Shown: positions 42,339 to 55,663 of the stretch, in pieces
Layout of the letters: each line of letters starts with the position of its first letter
Position numbering within the stretch: position 1 is the stretch's first letter
Assembly (NCBI GenBank): GCA_951406725.2
Contig: OX597823.1
Coordinates: forward strand, 69,626,001-69,690,000
Reading direction: 5' to 3'
DNA from: Octopus vulgaris
Lineage: Eukaryota
DNA: 64,000 bases
The notes under the pieces: model-generated
The model's input: only the letters and a program-made list of their open reading frames with translations
What the model was told of the DNA's origin: nothing
Databases searched by the model: none
Translations under genes and position numbers: made by a program

Positions 42339-42868
42339 GCGGCGAGCTGGCAGAATCGTGAGAACGTAGAGTAAAATGCTTAGTGGCATTTCCTCTGTAA
42401 TTACGTTCTGAGTTCAAATTCCATTACGCCCGACCGTTGCTTTTCATCTTTTCGCGGTTGATAAAATAAGTAGCAATCGAGCACAGAAGGTCGATGTAAT
42501 GAATTTACGCACCACCCCCTCCCGCCTCCGACATTACTGGCCTTGTAGTAAGATGTGTGTTAAGGTGCTGAGGTGGCAGAATCGTCAGTACGACGAACAA
42601 GATATAATACTTTGTGGTATTTCGTCCTTCTTTACATACTGAGTTCAAATTCTACCCAGGTCGACTTTACCGTTCATCCTTTCACGGTCGATAAAATAAA
42701 TACCAGCTAAGAACTGAGGTTGATGTAATCGACTTAAACTCGAAATTTCTTTTATTTATAAAATAGAAACAAACAGATCAATGTCTAAAATATTTTCTGG
42801 GGGTCGATGTAATAGACTTAACCCCTACACCGAAAATGCTTGTCCTGTTCAAAAATTTGAAACTAATA
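42339..42868 (+). mobile_element. Cluster of ~3 tRNA-derived SINE copies
   Basis: Repeated ggcgagctggcagaatcgt..gagttcaaattc..gataaaataagtac..gatgtaatc. Confidence 0.75.
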
Positions 42869-43590
42869 TGATTGAATAGAGAACAGACTGTTATTTCTAG
42901 CAGACGAGGCCGAAGACAATGGTTAGATATTTCTTCTTTGGCCCTACAGCATGTGGTATAATGAATGAACGTGCAAATTTCTGTGCAACTTAACTACACA
43001 GAGAATAGATACGTCTCTGTTCATTACAGGAGGCATAAAATAAATATAAAAATATGCAAACAAACCTTATATCAAGAGACAAACAAAACCCATCAAGTTG
43101 TGTGAAAAAATATGAAAATAAAACAAATTAGCAAGTCTTCCTGTTAATGAAACCTCCTGCTATGATAGTATGAAATATCACACTGCCAACGGCCATGCCA
43201 TTAATAAAGAGATGAATCATGCAAAATGATAGAACCTGAAGTTTTAGGAGTGTTTTTCTTTTTTCTTTTTCTTTTTTTACTAACGTATCTGTGAGATACG
43301 ATGTAGCTATAGGTGTATCTATCTAACTAGCTACTTATAGGTATCTGCCTATCTGTTCTACCTCTGTCCCACTCAGGCGCTCAATTGCTTTCTTATCTTT
43401 CGTAAATCCCCCACCTCTCTCGCTTTCCCCTTCATTCTCTCTCTCCTTCCCTCATTCTTTCTCTCTTCTCCTCTCTCGCTATATATATATATATATATTC
43501 AAAATATGCTTCAACACACGAACTCACATAAAGAATCTGGCAAACCAAATCCCAAAACGAAATATATATATATATGTGTGTGTGTGTGTC

Positions 43591-43647
<57 letters not shown>

Positions 43648-43788
43648 ATTATACATATACGTATTTATCTATAAGTGTGTATGGATATAGATAAATAGAC
43701 ACACAAACAAAAGACAGACACCAGACAGGCAGACAGACAGACAGACAAACAGATAGATTGTTACGTGTAGGGTGTGTGTGTATGTGAG

Positions 43789-43811
43789 TTAGGGTAAGGG
43801 TTAGGGTTAGG
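43789..43811 (+). repeat. Short interstitial telomeric-type repeat
   Basis: ttagggtaagggttagggttagg. Confidence 0.5.
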
Positions 43812-44415
43812 TGTGTGAGTTCGTGCGTGCGTGTATATCTGCGCGTGAGCGTCTGTGTAAAATAAACTATATAATATTAACAGTAGTGCAATCATGCAAC
43901 CGTAGATTGTTACTTTATTTTTCAAATTAAAATTATTTATCTTATTTTGTTCGCTCCTTTATTTTATTTATTTAGTTTCTTCATCTTCTTCCTTCTCCCT
44001 CTTCTTCTTCTCCTCCTACTCCTTCGCCTCCTCTCCTCTATCCTGACCTTTATTGAATTCATCCCCTTCTATAATTCAGTCCATCACAGATGAAAATGGA
44101 TCCATCCGCTATCGAAGAAAAAAAAAGATAACTTCAGAAGAAATATGAAAATTCGTAAAAAATATAAATATATATATAAAAATATTTTTTAAAAGCCCAT
44201 AATGTGTGTATGCGTGTGTGCGTGTCTGTCTGTGTATATATGTGCGTATATATGTGCATATATATGTATTTGAATATAATATATATAGCACACGTATATG
44301 CATGAATGCATGTATGCATATAATTATGTTTATATATAGAGTGAGCGATACACATTTAGATAACTGTGAGCCTGTGTGTATGTATGTATGTATGCATGCA
44401 TGCATGAATGAATAC

Positions 44416-44447
<32 letters not shown>

Positions 44448-44859
44448 GCGTTTGTGTGTGATATCCTTTAAACGTATCGGAGTTCATTAAGTAACCACCT
44501 TGGTGGTTGGGACTGACACTATTCAATTTCGTATCATTCAGTTCTACGAAGCAGTCTCTATGAGGCAACGCACGTAAATCCAAATAACATGTACATAAAG
44601 GAAATAAGTACAATTGCAAAGCATATTTGCGATTGATTTCGAAGAACGTGTCAGTGTGGCTCAGGATAAGAACGATTATTCATTTATTTATTTATTTATT
44701 TATCCGCTTGTACATTTATTTTAGCAGTTTGTTTTATGTTATTCTTAAAAAAAATATTTTTCGTTGTTGATCTTCCAGAAATGGAATTCGGAGTATAAAT
44801 CGAGTATGAAATATAGGCATAGAACTTAATGATTATAAGAATTATTGATACGGGTTGAG

Positions 44860-45021
44860 TGTATATACACACACACAAACACATACACATAGATACATAT
44901 ATATATACATTGCAATCATGTACATACAAATAACCATACATATATATGTATGTATGTATATATACATATACACCTACACACACATATATAAACATACATT
45001 CATACATACATGCATACATAC

Positions 45022-45094
<73 letters not shown>

Positions 45095-45168
45095 CACATA
45101 GATATACATATATATATGTATGTATATATGTGTATATGTATGTATACATATACATATACACACACACA

Positions 45169-45224
<56 letters not shown>

Positions 45225-45556
45225 GGGTAAGCGGATGTAGACATAATGGACGTATTGCACAAGTGTTTTGCTTCTGCTATTTGTCTGTTGATACCCAGGC
45301 AACGCTTTTGTTATTAACGCTGTTGAATCTAACTGATTGTATGTACTGCCCAGGTGTCGAGACCATTGTAATATCCATTAGGCATCTGATAAAAAGAATA
45401 CGTGTTTGATCTGCTTGTTGCCTCTAAATTTATATATATATATATATACATGTGTGTGTGCGTGTGTATATGTGTGTTTACGTATGCGTGTTATATGTAT
45501 ATCTATCTATTATCTACCTATCTACCTTATCTATTTATTCATCTATCTATCTATCT

Positions 45557-45592
<36 letters not shown>

Positions 45593-45613
45593 GCATATAT
45601 CTATATGTATATA

Positions 45614-45682
<69 letters not shown>

Positions 45683-46074
45683 CGTGTGCGTCGTGTCTTC
45701 GTATGTTTCTTTGCAGATATGAAATCGTCCCCTAACAAACTGGCAAGGGTCATTTTTAGTAGGTCAAGAGACCCCTTGCTTACTTGCATTGTAATTGTAT
45801 AAAGGAATAATGCATTCATTTATGTGTGCATGTCATGTGTGCACGGTATTCGTACCAGTGCGTGTGCGTATCACGACAGAACATAAATTTATGTCTAATT
45901 ATTGTTTATGTTTCTTCATATGTATTCCATACGCATATGTAGTTGTGGACATTTATTCAGCAAGAAACCTCAGCTATCGGAACTCTGAGCGATTTTATAT
46001 ATTTTTACTGTTCTTCTGATTGAGTATCTCTATGTGTTTATGTTTGTGTGTATTTATGTAGATAGATAAAAAAA

Positions 46075-46133
<59 letters not shown>

Positions 46134-46390
46134 CACACATACATACATACGTACGTACGTGTATACATGCATGCATGTATACATACAAACATGTATACAA
46201 TCAAACGTGTATACATACAAACGTGTATACATACAAACATGCATGCATCTGTGCATACATGCATACATACATACATGCATACATACATACGTAGGTAGGT
46301 AGGTAGGTTGGTAGGTAGGTAGGTAGGTAGGTAGGTAGGTAGGTAGGTATGTAGGTAGGTAGGTAGGTAGGTAGGTGGGTAGGTATGTGC
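44860..46390. repeat. Compound microsatellite field (representative of many: TA, CA, GATA, TAGG, TAA, CAT)
   Basis: Direct inspection; source of the spurious YI/HT/CV/LSIY ORFs. Confidence 0.95.
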
Positions 46391-48613
46391 AGCCTGATCG
46401 AGAAATCCGATGCTCAGAGGCACTCAAGATGTGAATAAAAATTGATCATGTGTCTGTTAGATTCCCAGTCACTGTGTCCTTTTAAAAACAATGTAGCTTA
46501 CGAGTTTAGGAAGATCTGACTACTATTTCTGGCAAGCTAAGAGACCATCCAAAATGACTCAGGTTGCTGACAATGGCAATGGTGGCGGTGAGGATTTTGT
46601 ACTCATTATTAAGAAGAAACAAATTAATCACCAGTTATTCTACTATATATACATTTTAGAGACATTATGTGCCTTTTACATATGTACATATGGATATTAA
46701 TATATAGATATATATATAATATATATATATACATATATGTGTGTGCGTATATACATATGTGTATGTATATATATATATATATATATATGTATTTAAAAGA
46801 GAGTTTGTATGTGTGTGAGCGTGTGTGTGTGTGTGTGTGTGTGCGTATGTTCCTTATGCATTCCAAAACTGAGTTGCCGATTTTGATGTATGGGGTCTCA
46901 AAAGATTCAGTAAGCTTCTGGCTACCAACTAAGCTATATTTTCATTCACATATTCGCATTACAAATTTATCCATATCATTTTTCTTTTAGTCCCTATCTT
47001 AAACGATATGTATATATGTATATATACATATATATGAAATTAGATAAAGCTCTTCAAATCAGAGTTATATGTATCATTACCACATAGAAAAACAAACAGC
47101 AGAGTCGAGAAAACTGATGACCTGGGCTAAATACATTGATGTTCTTGAGTTCAGATCACAGTGTATGCTTTCAGAATAAAGATAAATTTATCGTTGTTTC
47201 TAGCTATCTCTTTATCTGGGAATGAAAAAAATCCTCGACTTTTTTATCAGATAATCAGGAGGAAGAGTTGCACTCACAAGTAATTTTAGACTATCCGAGA
47301 GGTCTGTGAGGAGGGGGCTTCGGAATTTATCCCCAACCCAGAGGCCTAAATGCATGCAACAGAGTGAACTCTTCTTAAGGGTCCCAAAATGTTGGTTGGT
47401 GATGGTGTTAAATCCGGCAATGTATTGAATGTAGTCCTGAAACAGATCGCGGCAAAATTTGAATTCAGAACACGAAATATAGAAAGCATATCATCCTATC
47501 CTCTGGTTTAACGATTCCACCAGTTGATCACTTTTGACAGCGAATATAATTATTGATCCAAAGATAAAAGCCAATGTTGACCTAGGATTGATTTGAAGTT
47601 AGATCACAAGAAACCAGAGTAAATATCACAATCCATTTCGTCCGCCTCAAAAAATTATCTTTGTCAAAGACCCATCGGAGTGCTAAGTTTTTAAATATTG
47701 TTACAGTACATTTTGAATTAAAGGTTTATTGTGCTTGGATTAACAATTTATCATTTCGAGCTTTGATAAGAATAAACTCTGGTGATATACTAAGACTAAA
47801 ATTCCTATGACTACACTATATTGTCTGCTAAAATATGAAATCAACACGTATGTAGCGAAATTTTAATTTTCTTACACAAATAAACTCCAGTACAGTCACA
47901 GACTCAGGCATGTACACATACGCATACACATATATAACTATGCCTTTTATCGAAAAGTACACAAACACATATAAACACGTCTTTCATCGTAAAGTTGACT
48001 GGAGGAACAACTTATTCATTATTAATCCATATAGATTTGCAAAACATCAACTCAAGGAAAAATGAACACAAAGCTGAGAGCAGGCCAAACCTTTTCATCA
48101 TGTTATCACACAGAAACACTTTAGAATTAAACTAAATTACAAGAAAACTTCAGTAAATATTAAGATGTGATGGAATTTCTGGCACGAGTCTTCTAAGCTA
48201 TGGGGATATTTTGGGAAAATATTTGGGCAGAGTTCCCATTAAAGTGCATCAGTACATTTTGACGAAGAGGCTATTGATTTTTAAGTACAAAACAATGCTC
48301 GTGCAATACACAGAGAATGTAAGACCTTGAGCATATCTGCAAATAAAGAAACCAAGAATAACAACGCAATATCGATAAGTGAAGATCATGTGTGGATATA
48401 AACGTTCTCAAATGTATGTATATTGTAATCGCACACACACACACACCTACATATATATATATATATATTATCTGCAAGTGTGTATACATATATATATATA
48501 CATAAATAAATATATATATGTGTGTATATATATATAAATATATATACACACATAGGCACAAAAATGTATATGCATATGTATATGTATGTGCATATATATA
48601 TATATATATATAT

Positions 48614-48777
48614 AAGGTAGATGTGGAAATAGTACAGAAGTGAATTCAATTTAACAAGGAATTTAATAAAATGACTAAAAAGTTATATAAATAAATAATT
48701 ATAAATTATTTTATTAAATTCCTTCGCAAATTGAAATGTCTTAGATTTACTTCTGTGCTATTTCCAACTCCATCTTT
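48614..48777. repeat. Imperfect ~60-bp inverted repeat stub between (TA)n arrays
   Basis: ggaaatagtacagaagt..aaggaatttaataaaat / attttattaaattcctt..acttctgtgctatttcc. Confidence 0.75.
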
Positions 48778-48844
48778 CATATATAAAAAATTTGATTTGT
48801 ATAGATCTCTAATCTTTTTTCAACCTATATATATATATACATGA

Positions 48845-49145
48845 GTAGGAGCACTCCGTCGGTTACGACGATCTGCTGATGCGATCTGCGGAACAGCTTG
48901 CTCGTGAAATTGGCGTGCAAGTGGCTGAGCACTCAACAGACTCATGTAACTTTAACGTAGCTCTCAGGGAGATTCAGAGTGTGACAAAGATGGCCCTTTG
49001 GAATACAGTCACAATTCATTCATGCCAGCTGATTAGATTGGATAAATAAAATGTCTTGCTCGTGGACACAACGTGTCGCCGAGAATCGAACTCTTGACCT
49101 TATGATCGTGAGCCGAATGCCCTAGCCACTAAGCCATACACCTTC
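48845..49145 (-). mobile_element. SINE (same family as 9144-9424)
   Basis: Minus-strand head atggcttagtggctagggcattcggctcacgatc..gagttcgattc with A/B boxes. Confidence 0.75.
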
Positions 49146-49186
49146 ATATATATATGTGTGCTTGTGTGTGTGCGTGTGTGTGCGTG

Positions 49187-49310
<124 letters not shown>

Positions 49311-49415
49311 TTAATAGTAATAGTATGAGAACAAAAGAAAGAATGAGAGCTCGATATTATGTAAATTGAGGAACTTGTCTGTAATATAATTTGTGACAAG
49401 TATTCGGTTGCTATA

Positions 49416-49474
49416 GTAAAACTCCAAGTTTCGGATGTAGGGGCGGAAATCTGCTCCGGCATCTCATCAGTTAT
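49416..49474 (-). ncRNA. Type I hammerhead with intact core in a (TA)n-nested stub (49310-49515)
   Basis: ATAA-CTGATGA-GATG..CATC-C-GAAAC-TTGGA-GTT-TTAC; stem I weak; flanked by a 22-bp inverted repeat 49378-49399 / 49494-49515. Confidence 0.55.
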
Positions 49475-49512
49475 TAATATGGCAGCCACATAATTGTCAC
49501 ATATTATATTAC

Positions 49513-49638
<126 letters not shown>

Positions 49639-49788
49639 TGTGTGTGTGTGAATGAATATATATATACATATACAAGGCGCGTAAGATATGTGAGGACAGA
49701 TTTATGTTAATAAAAAACAGATTATAATAACAGATATTAAATCTATTTATCAAAAAATGCTATGTGGATAAAAATAAACCTTTTCTAT

Positions 49789-50019
49789 AACGTGAGGTAT
49801 ACTGCCGTCTCAATATGGCTAACCACTAATGGTGGGTGTTACTGTAGCTTGTAGCCCCAGGAGAACATCGTCTCCAGCTGGCTTTAGGCACACTTTCTGT
49901 GATCTTATGGTATTTGCAAAGGGAGTTCATCCTTCCCATGTCAACCTAAGTGATACGCACGGACTGCAGTTTCTAGGTTTTGACCTGTCATCAGCGTACG
50001 ACAATCACCGGTTTTCGAT
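49789..50019 (-). mobile_element. Retrozyme-like unit, part downstream of the Tx1 insertion
   Basis: Contains the HHR; 49792-49829 is directly repeated at 55451-55489. Confidence 0.8.
49950..50009 (-). ncRNA. Type I hammerhead ribozyme (retrozyme/Penelope type, palindromic UGCA loop III)
   Basis: GGTGAT-tgt-CGTACG-CTGATGA-c-AGGT caaa ACCT-a-GAAAC-TGCA-GTC^CGTGCG-t-ATCACT; predicted cut between 49962 and 49961. Confidence 0.85.
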
Positions 50020-50271
50020 TAATTCTTTATTATGATTATAAAATCGGTACATAGAAGAAAAATACAGGACATACATACAAAAAACAGTTAAGTGGTTCGT
50101 TTAAAAATTTCCAAAATATATGGATTATTCATTATACAAAAAAACTGTATTTAAATTTTCCTTTGCATTGACTAATATAACATTACATTAGATTGAAATC
50201 TTACCGAAATATTTTCAACCCCGGCAACCTATAAGGTCCCGCAGCTTTCCTTTCCTCTTCTCCATCCATAG

Positions 50272-53200
50272 TTAAACTGGGTTTCTGACACCCACTGTTT
50301 TCGCCACTTCCTTCCATCTTTTTTCATACACACCTCGTGGGAAGGTCTTCTTTTCCAGCCCCATTTTGCTCTTCAGATGATATCTGAAGTAAGTGAGCAA
50401 GCCGGGGCCTGAGACAAAGGATCCTATTGCGACTCCTTCCATTCTTGTACGCCACATGCATTCTTTTACTACTGCAACCGTGCAATGAAAACATGCCTCA
50501 CCTTCCTTCGAGAGTCCAGTTGGCGGTATCATCTTAATCATAGACTCAGCCGACAGCTGTACTCGTCCCAGATGCGATAACACGTGTTCTGTGTAACTTA
50601 TCAAGTCTGACAACTGCCGACAGTGTACAAAAGCGTGCTGGACGGTTTCATCGTCCAACCCGCATATTGGACATGTCGGTGGCACTGAAATTCCGTGCCG
50701 CGATAACTTCTCGCGAACAGGTAAAGCATTCCTATAACACTGCCAGGCCAGGGATCTTTGGAAATTATCCAAATACCCCGTCCTAAAAGTCTTTTTAAAC
50801 AGGTTGGTAAGCTGGTCTTCGTCGAGCCCCAGAGCCCCTCCTAGGACGTCGTCGTTCTTTGCCTCTACAAGCCTGCTATAAAATACCGAGGTGGTATTTC
50901 CGCAGCCGGCCTTGCCCGCCTTGTGAATCAGCATGAGTGCCTGTCGGCACTCCTTTTGCCATAAAGTCAGATTCCGTCTTTTGATGCAACCGGGTTTTAA
51001 ATTCACTAAGGAAGCCGGTCTCGGGAAAAATTCCCCTGCCAGCGGACTCCACACCTTATCACCCTCCAGGTGGTGCCAGAGATGCTTCAGCCTCAACGCA
51101 TGTCTGCGCATCATCAACCAAGGCATTCCTAACCCACCCTTTAACGGTTCCTGGCAGCAAACGGGGCGCTTCACAAGTGGCTTTCCTCCCTTCCACAAAA
51201 AGCGGAAAAGGATTCGCTCCAACTTTCTAAGCCATGAATCGGGGCAAGGGACAACGGTCAGGCGGTAAGTGATTACAGATGCAATGAACATCTGTACCAC
51301 CTCCGCCCTTCCTTTCAAGGACAGAAACCCTCCGGACCAGGTCCGTACTATGGCCTCCACCTTGTCCGTCACCTCACTCCAATTCCTCTCCGTTTGGGAG
51401 TCTGGCCCAAACCAAACTCCTAGCAACTTAACAGGACCATCTGTCCAGTGTACCAGGGCACTAGACGATATCGACTTGCTCCTCCAGGTGCCGAGGCGTA
51501 AGCCAATCGACTTGTCCTTGTTAACTTTTGCTCCTACCACCGCCTCGTATCCTCTGATAGCATCTTCTACACAAGGTAGCTGAGCCTCATTGGACACGAT
51601 GAGGTTGACGTCATCCGCAAAAGCAGAAACCGTCCTCCCGCCTCCGATTTCATCCGGGTTACTTCCCAGCCTCTCCAACTTTCGCAGCAATGGCTCGAGA
51701 GCCAACACGTACAAAAGTGGTGACAAGGGGCACCCTTGACGAACTGAACATTCGATCGAAAACGGTTCCGTTAGGTAACCGTTTATCTGGACGGTGGACT
51801 TGATGCTGCTATACATAGCGGAGATCCACCCGTGAAATTCAGGGCCCAGTCCAGCCGTTTCGAGGACCGTCGCCAGGTACTTATGGTCTACCCTATCGAA
51901 CGCTTTACTTTGGTCTAAATGGACCATTACCCCGCCCTTGCCGGTTAATTTACCCACCCTATCTAAGGTGTAGCGTATAAGGTAAAGATTTCCTGGATCG
52001 ACCTGCCTAGAATTGCACATGTCTGTGCTTTCCCTACAAGTTTCTCCACGACAGTCGTCAACCTTTTTGCCAACACCTTGGCCAAAATCTTTAACTCTAC
52101 ATTAAGTAGAGTTATGGGCCTGTAATTGCTAATGTTATCCCCCTTGCTCGGGTCTTTCTGGATTAGCGTCACCACTCCCCGGCTTACAGAACTGGAAATT
52201 CTCCCGTTCTGCTGCCAGTTCGCGTAGACGCCTGCCAGTATTCCCCCGAACAAGTCCGGCATACTTTGATAAAACTCGTAGGGCAGACCATCCAACCCCG
52301 GCGAGTACCCCCTCTATCTCCGCGGGAGTGATCGCTCCTTCACAGCACTCGACCTCACGCCCCGAGAGCCGTGGTCCGCCGGCTAGGAAGTCCTTTAAGG
52401 CCCTCCCCCGCTCCAGCGAACCCCCCTCCCCCGAACGTGCGGGTGAAATGCTGGTGAAGAAACTTTTGCATCTCCTCCTGTCCATAGATCTTGTGTCCCT
52501 GTTCGTCAGTTAAAGACTTGATTGAAGCTTTGTTACCTCTCTGACTCTCCACTCGACGGGCCCATCCGGCAACGTTAATACCTTTTCGTTTCCCTGCGCG
52601 TAGCTTAGCTCTAACTCTGCAACCTTCGTGTTTGGAGTTAAGGTGACGGTACAATACCGTCCTTGCCGCCATCATTCCGGATGCAGTGCCAGATTCCATT
52701 GCCTCGTTTAGATTCTTAACTAAATCGTCCTCTATCCTATCTAACCTTAGCTGATTGCTAAATCTAATGGACTCTGAACGAATGGCTCTTTTGGGGGAGT
52801 GCCACCATCTATTGTTAGTGATGGTGCCACATAATGCCCTCTGTACTAACACCTTAATCCGGGTACGGAAGTCTTCACAATTCAAAATAGACTTGTTCAG
52901 CTTCCAGTACCCGGGTCCCTGTCTATGGCACTTATCTAATTGCACCCTACAAGTCACAAATGTGTGATCCGTGTAAGGCACAATGTGAAACTGTGGACAA
53001 CTAAACATATCCTTATCTTTTCCTAACGAATATCCTATCTATATACGATCTGCGTGAGCCGTCGTTGTTACTCCACGTCCACTGTGGAACGCTCGGCTCA
53101 TCCAGTCAATAACGGTCTACTAGATTAAAGCTCTCTAGTAGACCCTTGAGGCTAGGCTTCCCCTTCCTATTGGTTGAGCCAACACTGTCGACCCGCGCTT

Positions 53201-53628
53201 CGAGGACAGTGTTAAAGTCCCCTACTAAGACTACCGTTTTCGACGTCACTAAAAAGTGCTCCAGATTCTGAAAAAAACCCGACTGCCTACACTCATTCGG
53301 AGCGTATACAGCTCTAACCTGAAGGACTGTTTACTTACGTGGGTTACATCCAGAACGACCAGCCTGCCTTCTGGGTCCAGAAAGACAGTACTTACCTGCA
53401 AGTCCAAGCTATTCCTGATAAGGACTGCCACGCCCCTTCCTCCTCCTCGGCTAGGAGAAATAAATTTCTCGAAACCATTTAGAAGAGACGAGAACGCTTG
53501 GCCCCGTTCATCTTGGACTCGGTTACAATAGCTACGTCAACTCCGTGTGTCGTGAGGTCGTTCAGGAGACAAATTTGTTTCCATTTCGACCCCATTCCAC
53601 GCACATTCACACAACCCAGCTTTGCCAT
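50272..53628 (-). pseudogene. Tx1 ORF2: APE endonuclease, reverse transcriptase, zf-RVT (frameshifted)
   Basis: MAKLGCVNVRG, YAPN, GDFN, TDH; DGLPYEFY, YRPITLLN, LDQSKAFDRV, VRQGCPLSP, FADD; CPICG..ETVQHAFVHC; split across several frames. Confidence 0.93.
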
Positions 53629-53652
53629 TGTCGGAGAGAGAGAAAAAAAATC

Positions 53653-55077
53653 TTACGGTTGGGACAGGGAGCATGACAGTTTAAATCTGCATGCTTCTCT
53701 TTCTTCCTCCCTTGTGGTCGTAGCTGCAGGGCTCTTAACCGGCGTTGCCATCGGGCTCTGGGTAGGTGTGGTTGCCGGGGTTATAGTAAGTTTGCCCTCC
53801 AGTATTTCGTTAGTTACGTCTCTGATAAGGTTATTTTTAAAATGTTCTTGGAGTGTTTTTTCCTTCCACTCGTCTTCCTTTATTTTTGCAAAACGAGTGG
53901 TCGACTTAGTGTCTGCAGACTTACTGAATAATTTCAGTTTTGAAAATTTTAAATACTTAAACACTCTATCGTTCCTCTCGTCGAATGCTACAATCTTTTC
54001 ATTTTTTTAATCAATTTTTTCCAATCTTGTTTTATGGGGAGGGGCTTGGCGAACTGTGTTCCAATGAATACAGTGCCGTGGGGGTAGGGCTGGGGAATTT
54101 GTTTTGTATGTATCTCTGCGGTGTTTGCTGATTTTTTCTTTGTTTGGGGAGGGGAGTCCAGGGTATTTTCTTTTTTCTTTTGTGTGTCACCTGTGTAAAT
54201 TCCATTTGTTCATTTTTATCTTCCGTTTCGATTCCCTTCCTCGTCGCAGTCTTGGGGTCTTTTTCCGCCTTTTCTTTTTCTGTGTTTGAAGCACTTTGAG
54301 GAGGGGCTTCGCTGTTTTTTCTTTTTTTTTATGCAGTTCGAGCGGACGTGACCCTTTTCACCACATTTGAAACACCTAGGTCTGCGACCCTCCACTGACA
54401 CTCTCATTGTAATTCCCTCCTCAATAAATACCCTATCGGGTAAGTTTTCTAGCACATTATTTTCTGCTTGAACGAGGAGTTCGAGCGCTTTTCCCTTCCA
54501 GTTTACCTCCTCTTTCCTTTAAATCTGCAGAATTGAGACTTTCTGCTCTACGTCGTGCAGAACCGCCGCTGCTACCCACATTATATCATATCCTCTTGGT
54601 ATGTCTTCCACATATAGTTTCGCAGTTCTTTTGCCCATATAGGTAGGTAGTAACATGATATCCTCACTTTTTAAGGTCATCGATGAAATTTCTCTTGCCA
54701 CATCAGCCGAGTCGAAATGTGCTTCAACGGTAGCGCTGCGAGCACCTCGACCGACGTAGCGAATTTTGCTCCACACCGGGGACAAGCACTTCTCTACTAT
54801 TTCGTTCTTCACGTCCATTATTTTTTTCTCTTTGTTACTGTAAACCTGCCTTGGTCTTTATTTCCTGTAATATCGCTTGCGGCGGTACCAGTTTTATTCC
54901 GTTGCCTTCCTTTTTGACCAAGTTCCGGTATTCGAACAACTGTTCTATTCTGAATTCCACTTCCGTTACGGTTCCGCCCACTGCGGCCGAAAAAGACTGT
55001 TTTCTAACCTCGATATCCTTCTGTTCACCTTTTCCCATCACGGGAAAGTCGCTCCTCGACGCCAAGTCGAACTCCAT
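53653..55077 (-). pseudogene. Tx1 ORF1 gag-like protein (frameshifted)
   Basis: Fragments 54835-55077, 54519-54818, 54216-54455 (CFKCGEKGHVRSNC CCHC knuckle) and 53653-53964, ending just upstream of the ORF2 ATG. Confidence 0.85.
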
Positions 55078-55311
55078 TTCTCAAATTATGAGAACCAATT
55101 TTTCAAAAAAATTACCCCGAAGGTAATAACAATGTTTATACACAGAATTTTCAGCCCCGTAAGGCGAAAATTACTGTCACACAACGGACAACTGTTCAAA
55201 TTCACGAGCAAACACAAACAACGACGAACAAAAAACGAACTCACTCAACAAAATAGGCAGCTAACTTCTCAATACGCAGATGAAAGAGGGGTCCCTAGAC
55301 GAGTGACAAAC

Positions 55312-55489
55312 CACCGGTTTTCGATGAAAGGGGTCCCAATGCAAATACTTATATCGTTTTTCCAGTAACTTTTCGTCACTGATCTCGAAAAACTGTATGC
55401 AAGCAATGATAAATCTCTGAACGCGGTATAAACTGTAACTGCACGACAATGTGAGGTATACTTGCCACCTCAATATGGCTAACCACTAA
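55312..55489 (-). mobile_element. Retrozyme-like unit, part upstream of the Tx1 insertion
   Basis: Begins at the TSD and ends with the ~39-bp terminal redundancy gtgaggtata..aatatggctaaccactaa. Confidence 0.8.
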
Positions 55490-55663
55490 AACAAAATGAA
55501 AACATAAAAACACGAAGAATATAGCTTATTATTATAGTTTAAAATACATACACAGTTATAAAATTACATACCCTTATATGTTTATTTTGATAACTGTGTA
55601 GGTATATGTTCTTAACTATAAACGTACACTATGTTCTTTCTGTTTTTATGTTCTATTTTGTTA
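55488..55663. repeat. Imperfect AT-rich palindrome
   Basis: aacaaaat..aacataaaaaca..tacacagttat / ataactgtgta..tgtttttatgtt..attttgtt. Confidence 0.7.

Larger units (their letters stand above)
50020..55311 (-). mobile_element. Near full-length Tx1 (L1-group) non-LTR retrotransposon
   Basis: ORF1 + ORF2; AATAAA at 50026-50031 with no polyA tail; TSD caccggttttcgat at 50006-50019 and 55312-55325. Confidence 0.93.

Noticed and set aside
49789-55489. Direct repeats as LTRs of an LTR retrotransposon
   Set aside because: Only ~39 bp, with no TG..CA, PBS or integrase; the internal element is an APE-RT LINE with its own TSD
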